This document shows, one piece after another, positions 11,240 to 21,796 of a stretch of 64,000 nt of DNA. The DNA comes from Bigelowiella natans CCMP2755 (Eukaryota > Protista > Cercozoa): contig ADNK01002960.1 in NCBI GenBank assembly GCA_000320545.1, positions 66,505 to 130,504 of the forward strand. Reading direction: 5' to 3'. Made by a program: the position numbers and the translations under genes. How positions within the stretch are numbered: position 1 is the first letter of the stretch; each line of letters opens with the position of its first letter. Below the pieces are notes generated by a model that did not search any database, had not been told where the DNA came from, and worked only from the letters and a program-made list of their open reading frames with translations.

Positions 11240-12757
11240 TTGCGTGAGCATCCCACCGTTGAACCGCTGGCTGGACAACAGTGCAACATGGGAGCTGAAC
11301 GCAAAAGGGTGTCACCACCTGCACCTCGTGTTTTCATGCCTCTGATGCTCGCTGGTTTGTTGACACCCACGTTTGACCCGTCTTCCATTGCACCATGGGA
11401 TTTGATGGGGTTTGATGTTGAACGTGCCATTGACGCATTGGAAGTGCTCGAGCACGTGGATTGCCTGAAGAATGAGAAGAGAAGGAAGCCGAAGCCCAAG
11501 TCACATGCGACCAGGCTGGACTGGATCAAGAGAATCGACAGGCTGTCTCCAATGGCTTTCAGACGCAGATGCAGGATGCCCTCAGAGTTGTTCCACAAAA
11601 CTTGTGACGACGCTGGACCCCGGTTGGAGAAGTGCAAACGGCATTCAAGCAGCGAAGATCACATCCCCACAGAACTTTCATTGTCAATGACGCTCAGGTT
11701 GCCAGCAGGAGGATCGCACCTGGACACAGCTGACCTGCACGGTGTGGCGGAACGTTCCGTCCACTGCAATTTCTGGAGGACATTGGATGCAATGAACGAG
11801 TGTTGCAAAATTGGATTCGATCCTTCAAATGAAACACAGGTCAGGGAACTTGAAGCTGGGTTTGGAGGCCTCAGCACGAATCAAGCAATCAAAGGTTGCA
11901 TGAGAGCCATGGACGGATTGTCAGTGAAGATGCGGAGACCCAGCGACAAAGAAACACCGCATGTCAAAAGGTTCCACTGCAGGAAGAACTGTCATGCGTT
12001 GAACCTGCAGGCCGTCTGCGACTCTGACTGTCGTTTCATCGCTGCTGGCACAGCAACAGGAGGCTCCGGCTGCGACTCTGTCGCACGGAAGATGATGAAG
12101 TCATGCAAGCAGTTGCTGAATGGAGCTCTCGAGGTTGGTCATTTCCTGATCGGGGACGCGGCTTGCGGGGTCCATGAATTTTTGACGTCGCCTTTCACCG
12201 GACAAGACCTGGGTGATGAGAAGTCGAATTGCAACTTTGCAGTGAGTCAACAGAGAATCACCACAGAGTGCGCCTTCGGTCGTCTAGTTGGAAGATTCGG
12301 CACATTGTGGTCTCCAATGAGATTTCATTGCAGGAAGGCAGGCAAGATCGTGTTGGCATGCATGAAGCTGCACAACCTCACAACTTCCCGTGACATTGCG
12401 AAGGCCGTTGAACGAGACAGAAGCGACACAGCATGCGACGATGAGGAAGAGCTGATGAGGATCAAGGATGAAACAATTGCAGAACTGAGGAGAAAGAGAA
12501 TCGATGCAAAGGAAGGGGTCGCTCAGACACAAGAGCTCATCAAAGAATGCAAGGCCGGGCATGCCGAAGAAAAAGACAGCAGGGCAGAGGCTGTGAAGCC
12601 ACCAAAGTGTTGCAAATTGGGTTTGACACCGATTGAATTGCTGAACGATGAACACGTTGAACCAAACCTTCTGAGGGTGGCTCGTGCGGTGGACCTCCGT
12701 TCGCGTTTGGTGGAAGAAGTGAAAAGAGCTGGAGTTGTGCGCCCGCCCACACCTTGA
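11240..12757 (+). mobile_element. PIF/Harbinger DDE transposase (HARBI1/DDE_Tnp_4-like), hypermutated but still an open frame
   Basis: Motifs FRRRCRM (cf. FRRxYRM), MTLRLPAGGSHLDTADLHGV (cf. TLRxLAGGSYLDIxxxYGV), GCMRAMDG (cf. GCIGAIDG, first D), RKNCHALNLQAVCD, LIGDAAC (cf. GDAAY, second D), RITTECAFGRLVGRFGTLW (E), ACMKLHN. The true start is probably a downstream ATG. Confidence 0.9.
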
Positions 12758-12759
12758 TG

Positions 12760-14900
12760 CGCCTCTCATTGTGATTTCGTGGTGAAGTCCATCAGTGTGA
12801 CAGAACACCTGAGTTGTCCAATCCTCATGGTGGTCCGGCTGATGCCAAAAAAGCTTGGGCGTGGAATGATTGAACACTTTTTTGAAGTTGTTCCAGAGTT
12901 GTCATGATTTTTTCAAGTTGGGAACAGAGTTCTCGATTCACGTTTGAAACGCAATGGAATTGAGATGATGACGACTGCCACACTTGTGCCCGTTGCCTGT
13001 GCACTGCTGATCACATGCACAGTGATGGCACGTGTGCAATGCACGCGTGCTGTCACACGCCCATCACTCTCATGCACTGTCAAATCATCAGCAATTCACC
13101 ATGAAAGTGCACAAAATTGCCGCATCGCACGCATGCAAACAATGAGCGTCGTCCATCATGAACACGTGGATTGCGCGCTGTGCGCATGCACGTGCTGGTG
13201 CAGTCCAATGATGAGCGACGCATGATGTCATGTGTGCAGCACAGTGGGCCACTGCTTCGCGTCATTTCACGCAATTGGTGCGTGCAACGTGCTCCCGATG
13301 CGTGTGCAAGTCGGATCGATCGCCGCACGTGCTGGACGTGGCACGACGGACAATGCATTGTTTGCTTTGCTTGGAACACGCAAGCTCCTGCACAGTGGCA
13401 GCATCACGTGCTGGCGCGGATGATTGAAGTGAGTGCCATGCATGCATGCTGCAATGACTCAGCTTTTTCGAATCTTGCATGCTGGCTAGCAGAAGGTTGC
13501 ACAAAGATTGAGATGATGATTCCGACCACACTTTTTCTCTTTTCTCATTTGTCTCACTTGTCAGTCACGTGAGAGAACGTGTGGGTTGTGGTTGGAGAAC
13601 CCGTTTTCAGTTCAAATGCAATTTCGCAGAGACAGCAGCAGCAACACCAACAACACTTGGCAGTGGTGGTGGTGGTGGCCACATGGGACGCATCACCTTG
13701 AACGGAATGAGCACATCTCTCACAAATTTGTCAATGTCCACATCGGTGTTGCTGTCTCTGGACAAATCATCAAAAATGTCAAGAAAATTGAGTGTCAAAT
13801 CAATTGATTCACGTGCAATTGTTCTTGTTTTTTCACGCAGACAATTTGCTTCTGCAGCTGATGTTGTCCTGACAGTCTCATGAGAACTGTTTGGATCCGC
13901 TCAGTTTCATCGACTCATCAATTGTGCAATGCCTTTGCCATTTGTGACATCGTGGCCCAACGTGCATCATCTCAATGTTTCTCGTGGGAAATGATTTGTT
14001 CTTCTCCACTCTCCTTCTCTCCGAATCGTCGATGAATCAGACTTCGCTTTGTGCATTGCACTTTGTGCCCAATTCATGCAACGTGTGCACCACGTTGCTG
14101 TGTCCATCATTCGCGCCATGTCGCATTGACGGTTGTCTGAGAGTGAATGCCAAAGTTGGTCAAATGAAACTGGGATGTGTGAACACACGTGAACACGTGT
14201 GAACGCACATGCATGCATGTGCACACACACACACGTGTGCACACGTGTGTGTGTGTGTGTGTGTGTGTGGAGGCAAAACGTCAACGTGAAGACTGCATCC
14301 ACACAACGACAGTCGACAAGCAATTTTGCACAACGTGACACACGTGCAACACACCAAATTGCTGTGTCCATTGTGTTGAACGCCAACTTTGAACATCAAC
14401 ATTCCTGATTGCACTTTCCATTCTTTTCTCCATGACATTCAACACCTTCCTCATCCTCTTGACTCTCGAACTGTCTTCTGATTCTCCGTTTTTCAATGCA
14501 TCAGAAGTCTTGTCTCCATGCGCGATGGTGTTTTTTTCCAAGTCAGTCATCAATTTGAGAGAAGATGGTGCCTGTTCTGTCTCCAGTTTCTTCCAGTGCA
14601 TGCCTCTCATGTTTTCCATTGAGCAATTGTCAGCACCCGACCCCGAAGAAGAAGAAGTTGATTTCGATTTGCTTTGAGTGCCACGTCGACTGCCATGCCG
14701 TTGGCATTTTCTCTTTCTCTTGAATGGCCTCTTCGTTGTCGTCGCACTTGCCAACTTCGTTCGGTTGCTGCCCAGCGTGCCAAAGACAGCAGTCTGCTTT
14801 TTTGATGCACCTGCATCACCTCCCTCCTCGGAGGACAGCGACCACAACCAAGGCAAACCCTGCAAATGTGCATTTGAACATGCTTGCGCGCGTCGCCAAG
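12760..14900 (-). pseudogene. Convergent multi-exon ORF, possibly the Harbinger second (accessory) gene, hypermutated
   Basis: Exon-like open segments at ~14840-14390 (basic KRPFKRKRK patch, charged helices), ~13880-13607 and ~12960-12760, facing the transposase as in two-gene PIF/Harbinger elements. No Myb/SANT signature could be recognised. Confidence 0.35.
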
Positions 14901-15962
14901 CCGTGCTGTGTGGCTCAAAATGTCGTGCTTGATGCGCAGACAAACTTGGAAAAAAGAAACGTGTGAAAACGTCACCTAGAAGTCGAGTTTCAATGCCATT
15001 TGTGAGCAAAATCAGCACGTTTCGAAACGTGCAAATCGGAAATTTCCGACGATGTTGGTGTGACCTGACACGGCCACACTTGCTCATGAGCATGACAAAA
15101 TCATTGTGCATTCGCAACGTGCAAATTCCAATGTGAAAGTCAAGTGTTTTGGCTCAAACTTCAAAACATCCTGATGTGCGTCAAATTGAAAAGTGCAAAC
15201 AAAGCAACACGTGCAAAATCGTCGACTGGGCTTTTCTTCGAGGCTGCGTTTTTCTCCACCTAGCTCTGCGCTGGGGCTGCGGATTTTTGTTCCTGAACAA
15301 GCATGATGAGAACTTGACCAGTTTCAACTCATTTTTGCCCACTGAAGTCTTTTTTCGGAAGCCCCGTGGTTCACTTTTGGAAACACCAGGAGCGAACCCA
15401 TCCAAGTTTGCATGAAAATGAATCCGAGCGCGCGCGCGTGAAAAAAAAGGTGCATGTTCGGGGGAATCGTTGCGGCGTGATCAGAGCTTTCGTTTGCGCA
15501 AAGTTTTGTGTCCAACCGACACCTAGTCATCGAGAAATCTCAATTTGAACCCAGATTTGCACGTTTGCCTTGGTTGTGACACAGAAACGTCTGTGTCGCT
15601 GTCATTCCCGTGTCCGTGTGAATCCATCCTGTCTTCACATGGAATCATGGGACTGATTGATGTTGCAAGGTCAACAACATCGTCCCGGAGGTGATGCAGA
15701 TGCATCAGCGTCCTCCCCTAGCCTTTCCGACAACATCTCTTGCTTTCCCATCACCAGTTCATTGGTCAGAGTCCAAGTGAGAGTCCAATCGAAAGCTTGA
15801 AAAATCATTGTGTCACAGATTCGGGCCTGTGTCATCCATCTAATTGAAAGTAATGCGTGCAAGCATTCAGGGAACTGTTTCCCTTGTGCACTTTGCATGC
15901 AATTCCTGAAATTCTTCACATCATTCCTCTCGACAGATTGGACTTAATCGAACAGTGATGAA

Positions 15963-17140
15963 ATGATGCCAGCAAGAACGGGGAGAAAGAGAAAGCTCCG
16001 CGTTGCATCTGAAAATGCCCATGATGGCTACGATGTGGAAGGGGGAATTAAGCCTTTCCAAGAGAAGGACATGGATGAAGAAGGACAATTCAGGCAAATG
16101 CATCCACCAATTCATTGCATGACTCACCCATCATGCTCCAAGATCAAGCTGAACTAAATCATCCAAAGGTCGAAACGAGCATACATGCTCACATTCGATG
16201 GCGTAATTTACGGCACATGGTTCATGGAGATTTTCTGTTCCTGCATGATTGGACTCTACTGCATGAATCTATCCGTAGACTTGGAAAAGGCCACCTGTGA
16301 TCACAGGTATTGATTTGTTGCTGCAGTTGAGGACAGTTCTTGATTCATTTGCACAATGGAATTTTTGTTCACATGTGTGTGTTGTGATTCCATAGATGGG
16401 TAGACGTTTTCAAATGGTGTGGGATTCTGTCATACGTCAGTGCATTCTGCGTGGTACACTTTAATATTTAAGATGTTTTCTGTCATCTACTTTCATGTTC
16501 TTCAGTATTTCATTCCAGAACAACCTCATCTATCCACACAAGCTGACAGCATCCATTTCTAGGTGCTCCTGGTCGCGGCACTGTGCATGACTCCAGAATG
16601 GGACACTGATGACCATGTTGTTGCAATGGTAACAAAAAAACATTTGCCGAAATGACTAGATTATCCCTTTTCACAATTTGAATTATGCTGGTACTGAATC
16701 GTCTTGGACATGATTTTTGGCCATCTATCTTCTCAGGGAAGCTGTTGTACATCCGTTGGTGCATTACTTGCATTTGTGTTTGCCACGCTATTTGTTGCGC
16801 TGACCGATCCAAAGTGCACTGGAGAAGATGTTGTTGCACGGGTTGTTAATGTTCTTCCAACACAAACACATCAAAATGTGATTCCATTCGAGGAGCCGGC
16901 GCGAGTTGAGATTTCGTTTATTTGTGACAAATGATATGACTCCAACTGGACAGGCATGGCTTGCTGTGGCCTTGCTGTGGACTTACTCAACATTTAGCTG
17001 TTGTTTAAGCGTCTGCTGCAGTATGTGTAAACGAAAATTACTAATTCAATGCTTCAATTGTACAAAATCTAAAATGTCTCTAATTTATCAGTGGGAAACG
17101 CAGCGTCTTTCCTTCAAAGAAGGGAGTACGACAAGATTTA
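15963..17140 (+). CDS. Probable small multi-exon membrane protein, 5' part lightly TA-depleted
   Basis: Exon-like pieces with splice boundaries encoding hydrophobic helices: VLLVAALCMTPEWDTDDHVVAM (~16564-16629), GSCCTSVGALLAFVFATLFVALTDPK (~16737-16840), AWLAVALLWTYSTFSCCLSVCC (~16954-17020), terminal GNAASFLQRREYDKI* (stop ~17140). Confidence 0.45.
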
Positions 17141-18352
17141 GAACAATGAACAACATCGGGATCAGAACATGGAGTCCTTTTCCCAAAAAAACAGAGAAAA
17201 TACCTGATACTTGTTGGATAAAATAAGCTAAATGTAAAAAAAGTGAAATCGTCTTGGGTTCATTAATAAGGGGCTTATTCATATTAGTCACATTACGTAC
17301 ACTGATGTTCGCACATGAGTGTTGTGAATTTGTCACATTTGAAATCCAAAATGCCTTAACATCTAGGCGTTGATGCATCATTTTGTGTTGGCCATGAACT
17401 TTATTAGAACATGTGTGTAACCCAGCGTAATCTCACAACGTTGACAAGCCATGATAGCAATGACAAGAAATTCGCTAGCTCTTGTGTGTGCTACATCGCC
17501 ATGCACATGGGATGAAGCATGTACCAGCAATTGCAACATTCATGTTTGCGATGAAGCGCCTTGCACAATCATCGTGCGATGCGATGGACAGGCCAATGTT
17601 TGATGCAAACATGCATCCGGCGTTTTGCGAGGCCTAGCCTCTCAGCAATTTGCGAGGCGCTGCGCTGTGCCAAAGTCCATTCTCACCACGGCAAAAACAT
17701 TCTGACGTACGTGTCTCACGTCGCCGATGGCGCACACAATCACGCAGGGGTCCGCCGTGCAATGCTTCCGCTTTTGCTCGACGATCGACAGGACACATGG
17801 TGTGCATGCTTCATTTGTTTACATCACATGTGTTGTGCATTGCATGTCTATCATGAGTGCATGACAAATGAAGCGCAAATGCGCAGGCTAGCGCAGCGGC
17901 GGAGCTGTGTAGAAATCACAATGGCAGAGCGCTGGAGAGGCAAATAGATGCAACAGCATGAACATAGCCATTAGGCCATTAGCCATGACAGGCTATTTGC
18001 GTGCATCGCGTACGAACGCGCATGCTGTAATTATAGGCCGTACGGTAGTTGCCACGCAGCTATTCTTCACAGTTGTGTATGCATTAAGATCATGAAGCAA
18101 TTCAGCAGAGGCGATTGATTAAAGGATGAATGCATGGACGAATGAACGAAGTACGAGAGCATACATATTTGCAATAATTTGTGCATAAAAGCAAGACATA
18201 CTTCTACTCTACGCTCTGCTGCCCGCACAGGCCACTGCTAGCACTGACTACTGACCAATCTAGCTATCAATCACACAGCCTCGACTGCCCATTACAAGCT
18301 ACATGTCGCTCTACACTTCCGTTTGAACCCTATGCACCATCTGAAGCTTTGT

Positions 18353-20720
18353 TTACGTAAGATCGTACCATTCGACAGTGTCCATTTGATTTTGTGATTT
18401 CCACATCGCACCTCCAACCGCATAAATCTTTTGGTCATGATAGACAACTGCCGATCCTTCTCTCATTAATTCCCCTGGTAATTCTTTCCATTGACCTCGC
18501 TCACCCAAATCCATGAAGTACTGTATCGGTTTAAGGAATTTGTGTCCTTCAAAACGTTTTCCCGCAATTAGAAACAAGAAATTTGGCATTCCAACTAACC
18601 TACACCAGTAGAGATTTTTTGGCATCGCACGAGCAGCTAAACGTGTCCATTTATTCTTCTCATCCCGTAAATCGACCAAAATTACCGAACCCAACAAATC
18701 ATCACGGCCATACCACTTCTATTTTAGTCATACAAAACACAATCGAGTAAATTGAATTTGGATGTGAGTGCGTGTATGCTTGTGTATCACTTCGTGAGCT
18801 CATTCCATGATCGTTTTAAATGCACTTTGCTCGCTACGCATACAATGCTAATGAGTGAGTGTGTGTGTGTGTGTGTGTGTGTGAGTGTGCTTGATTTGGG
18901 GGGGACAATCTTTCACCTCCACGTGAGCAACCATAAGATGACCCAAAATAATCAAACCACGGCTGAGTCTAGCGTGAAGAGAAAGATTGGGCATTCCCCT
19001 AAATTTTGCTTCTTTGTCGCTCAAATCCAAAGAGTTTACGAATTCTGTTCCATGTTCTTGCCCCCCGACTACATACAAGTTGTCGTTCCAAACAGCAAGG
19101 CTTGGGCGTTTTGTCGGGTTTTTCATTTCCTGTGTCATCTGTTTCCACCCTGCGTATGGGTCATCCAAATCAAGATATTCCAGTGACTTTGAATGCTGAT
19201 ATCGATCTCCTCCCACTAGCAACAGCCTGCTCTTCCAAACAACAGCTCCGAAGTAACGCCTACCACTTGAAATCTTCTGAGATAACATAGTCCATTCAGC
19301 TCTCCTGTCCTTCAGATCTAAATACTGGATTGTGTTGAGCTCGCTAGTAATTTCAATTACATACAGCCTGTCGTTCCAAACAACTACTTCTGTGTCCTTT
19401 TTTGCTGATAAACATCTTTGAGGTAACGAATGCCAGTTGTAGCTTTTTTGTATCATAGCTTTCGTTCCAAATTTTCTCACCTGCTTGTAGCCATCGGGAG
19501 TGCTGTAAATCAAAGCCTCGTATGCTGACGGTCTCTTGTCAGGTTCAAACGTGAGGCACTTATGCACGACAGCTTCGATGTCAGTTCCCCGCCACTTGTT
19601 AGGAACAACCAATTTCGCCTTCCCTTCACAAATGTCGGGAACCTCCGAGCGATCGCAGTTGTATGGCCGTCTTTTGCCCTTGTTGAGAATCTCCCAAAGG
19701 GTCACACCTGCTGCCCACACATCTGATTTTGTGGTAAATTTACGATTAGGGGACTTGAGAGTTTCGGGAGCCATCCACGGCCAAGGTAACATTTCTTCGG
19801 GATGGCTAAGATATATCCCTGATGAAGCTCGCACGGCTAAGCCGTAGCCGGATATGCGAATGCTTCCATTATTGGTAACCAATATGTTGCGACATGCTAT
19901 ATCGCGGTGGATATATTGATTTTGGTGAAGATGGATCAATCCCAGCAACAGGCCCTGCGCTATCTTCCAAAACGCATAATCCATGGTCAGATCGAGTTTA
20001 TCGTGAAGTTTATCAAGACTTCCCTGCTCGCAAAACTCTGTGATAAAGCACGCCCGTCCATCGCTGGTCTCCACAATCCCAATGAATTTCAAAATGTTAA
20101 CCTGGCCTTGCGAGTTGAACAGCCCCATCATCTCTTGCTTGAACTGTTCTACATCCGCATTCACCGTTGCTTTCTTTAGCACCACGGTGTCGCCATTCGT
20201 CAGCTTGCATTCGTATGTCACGGCAAAGTTTCCTCTCCCGAGTTCTTTGATGATTTTACAATCAAATTCCTTGTAGATGATGCTTTTCCTCTTCATTGCG
20301 TCTCTATTCCCCTCAGAATGCTTGTTGGTAGGTTGTAGGTCCACTTTGTTTACGTAGAATTTGTTCATTCTTCTCTTGCCGTGAGCTTTGGTATTGAGCC
20401 CCATATCTGTTTGTGAGTTACTATTAATGTTCTTTTCTGCACCGATGGGATTTGTATTGCGTGAATTTTTTAAGTATTCATTCTCTGACTTTAGAGAATT
20501 GCGTTCGATTTTGAGCGTTTTCATGTTCGACTCCATCTCCTTGTATTTTGCGGTCACTTTTTGCAGTTGCAACTCTAATGATTTCTGTTCCACTTTGAGT
20601 GCTTTGAGTTTAGAGTAGTTGTGGACATCCTTTTTGACATTTCCTTGTTTACTCTGCCCTGTCGACCCAGTTCTCATTTGGGTTAGCCAGGTAGAGGCGT
20701 ACGACCTACAATGACCATCT
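18353..20720 (-). CDS. Coiled-coil + tyrosine-kinase-like (pseudo)kinase + Kelch repeats, copy A; 5' exons unresolved; intron 18916-18719
   Basis: LGRGNFAVTY, VVLKK, HRDIACRNIL, ISGYGLA (DFG position), LPWPWMAPE, KSDVWAAGVTLWEI; Kelch blades (LYVVGG, LLLVGG, IYAVGG...VEWYD). Splice gag|gtgaaa...aaatag|aag joins the 18353-18718 exon in frame. Confidence 0.85.
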
Positions 20721-21761
20721 CTATCAGAAAAAGTATGTTTGGATATGTGTGTTGGGGTTGGTTTTCGGGTGTGATATTTGTGTATTGGGTTTGGATATAT
20801 GCGAGTCGAAGTAAGGGAGTTACAGAGGGGAGGAGAGAAGTTGAGAGAAATACTGCTCTGTCCAAAAGTAATCTTGGTTACGAGAAACACACACAATATC
20901 ATTATCACCACCTTCATAATCAATACCCCTATTCTTCTACTCACCCGCTTTCACATACTTCACACACTAATATAGACATGTACCTATGATGATCCACAAC
21001 GTACAATTAAACCGCTGAACCCATGCTCTTATCTGTACAAGAAGTTATCTTATTTGATGATGATGAAAGTAATGATGGCGATGACCATGATAATGACGAT
21101 AGTTGTGATAATGGTGATGGTAATGACAACAAAGACTACAATACCGATGATAATAATAACGAAAATGAGAGAATTTATGATGGATTGCGGTGATGGTGAT
21201 AACGATGATGAGAATAATATCGAGGATCAAATGGTGACGGTGTTGATGAGGATGATGTTATACTATAACGATTGCGATGACAGCGACATTGATATCGGTG
21301 AAGATAATGATGATAACGACGATAAACATAGTTAATGTGATAGTGAGGATGATGATGATGACGACGACGACGACGACGACGATGATGATAGTGATATAAA
21401 GATGATCTTTAAAGCAATTAGCACGTTGGAATCGCGTGAAACAGTGCATCGAAACTTAGCTGATGGAACGCACCTTTTGAATTTTCCACTTTGCGGCAAA
21501 TGTGATGGACGCCCTTCCCCAGCAGAAAGGAGAATGCCCGATCGAGTTGGGCTGGGGGTCGGATATCGAGGTGGAGCGAAATGCGGACACAACTAAAAGG
21601 CAAAGGCTCACGAATCAAACAGATCATCAATTCGGACAAAAATATGTAGCATATTTTTCGGATACTATTGGATGTTTAGGAGACAATAATCTTCGAACAC
21701 CTTCAGATTTCTATGAGACAAGTAAATGTTCATGGGCATGTTGTTGTTATTATTGTTGTTG

Positions 21762-21796
<35 letters not shown>

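Larger units (their letters stand above)
6590..15840. other. TpA-erased (A->G/T->C hypermutated) domain
   Basis: Manual scan: between 6794 and 15840 the only TA dinucleotides are in CTAG (6836, 6999, 7151, 8170, 8389, 12284, 13486, 14976, 15260, 15523, 15718); TG/CA are abundant and CpG is retained. Confidence 0.93.

Noticed and set aside
11240-12757. Alternative genetic code explaining the missing Tyr
   Set aside because: Neighbouring genes use TAY for conserved Tyr, and TA is also absent across codon junctions and in non-coding DNA.
6590-15840. Fungal-type RIP or CpG methylation decay as the cause of the TG/CA excess
   Set aside because: Both are C->T. RIP raises TA and creates stops, CpG decay depletes CG. 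Here TA is missing, CG is plentiful, the ORF is open and Tyr->His/Cys requires T->C/A->G.
6589-15919. The many overlapping 60-290 aa ORFs in all six frames
   Set aside because: Expected artefact of losing TAA/TAG; no family motifs apart from the pieces reported.
20721-20944. Signal peptide/transmembrane N-terminus of the 698-aa kinase ORF
   Set aside because: Starts at a non-ATG codon and reads through low-complexity, intron-like sequence upstream of an acceptor at ~20721.
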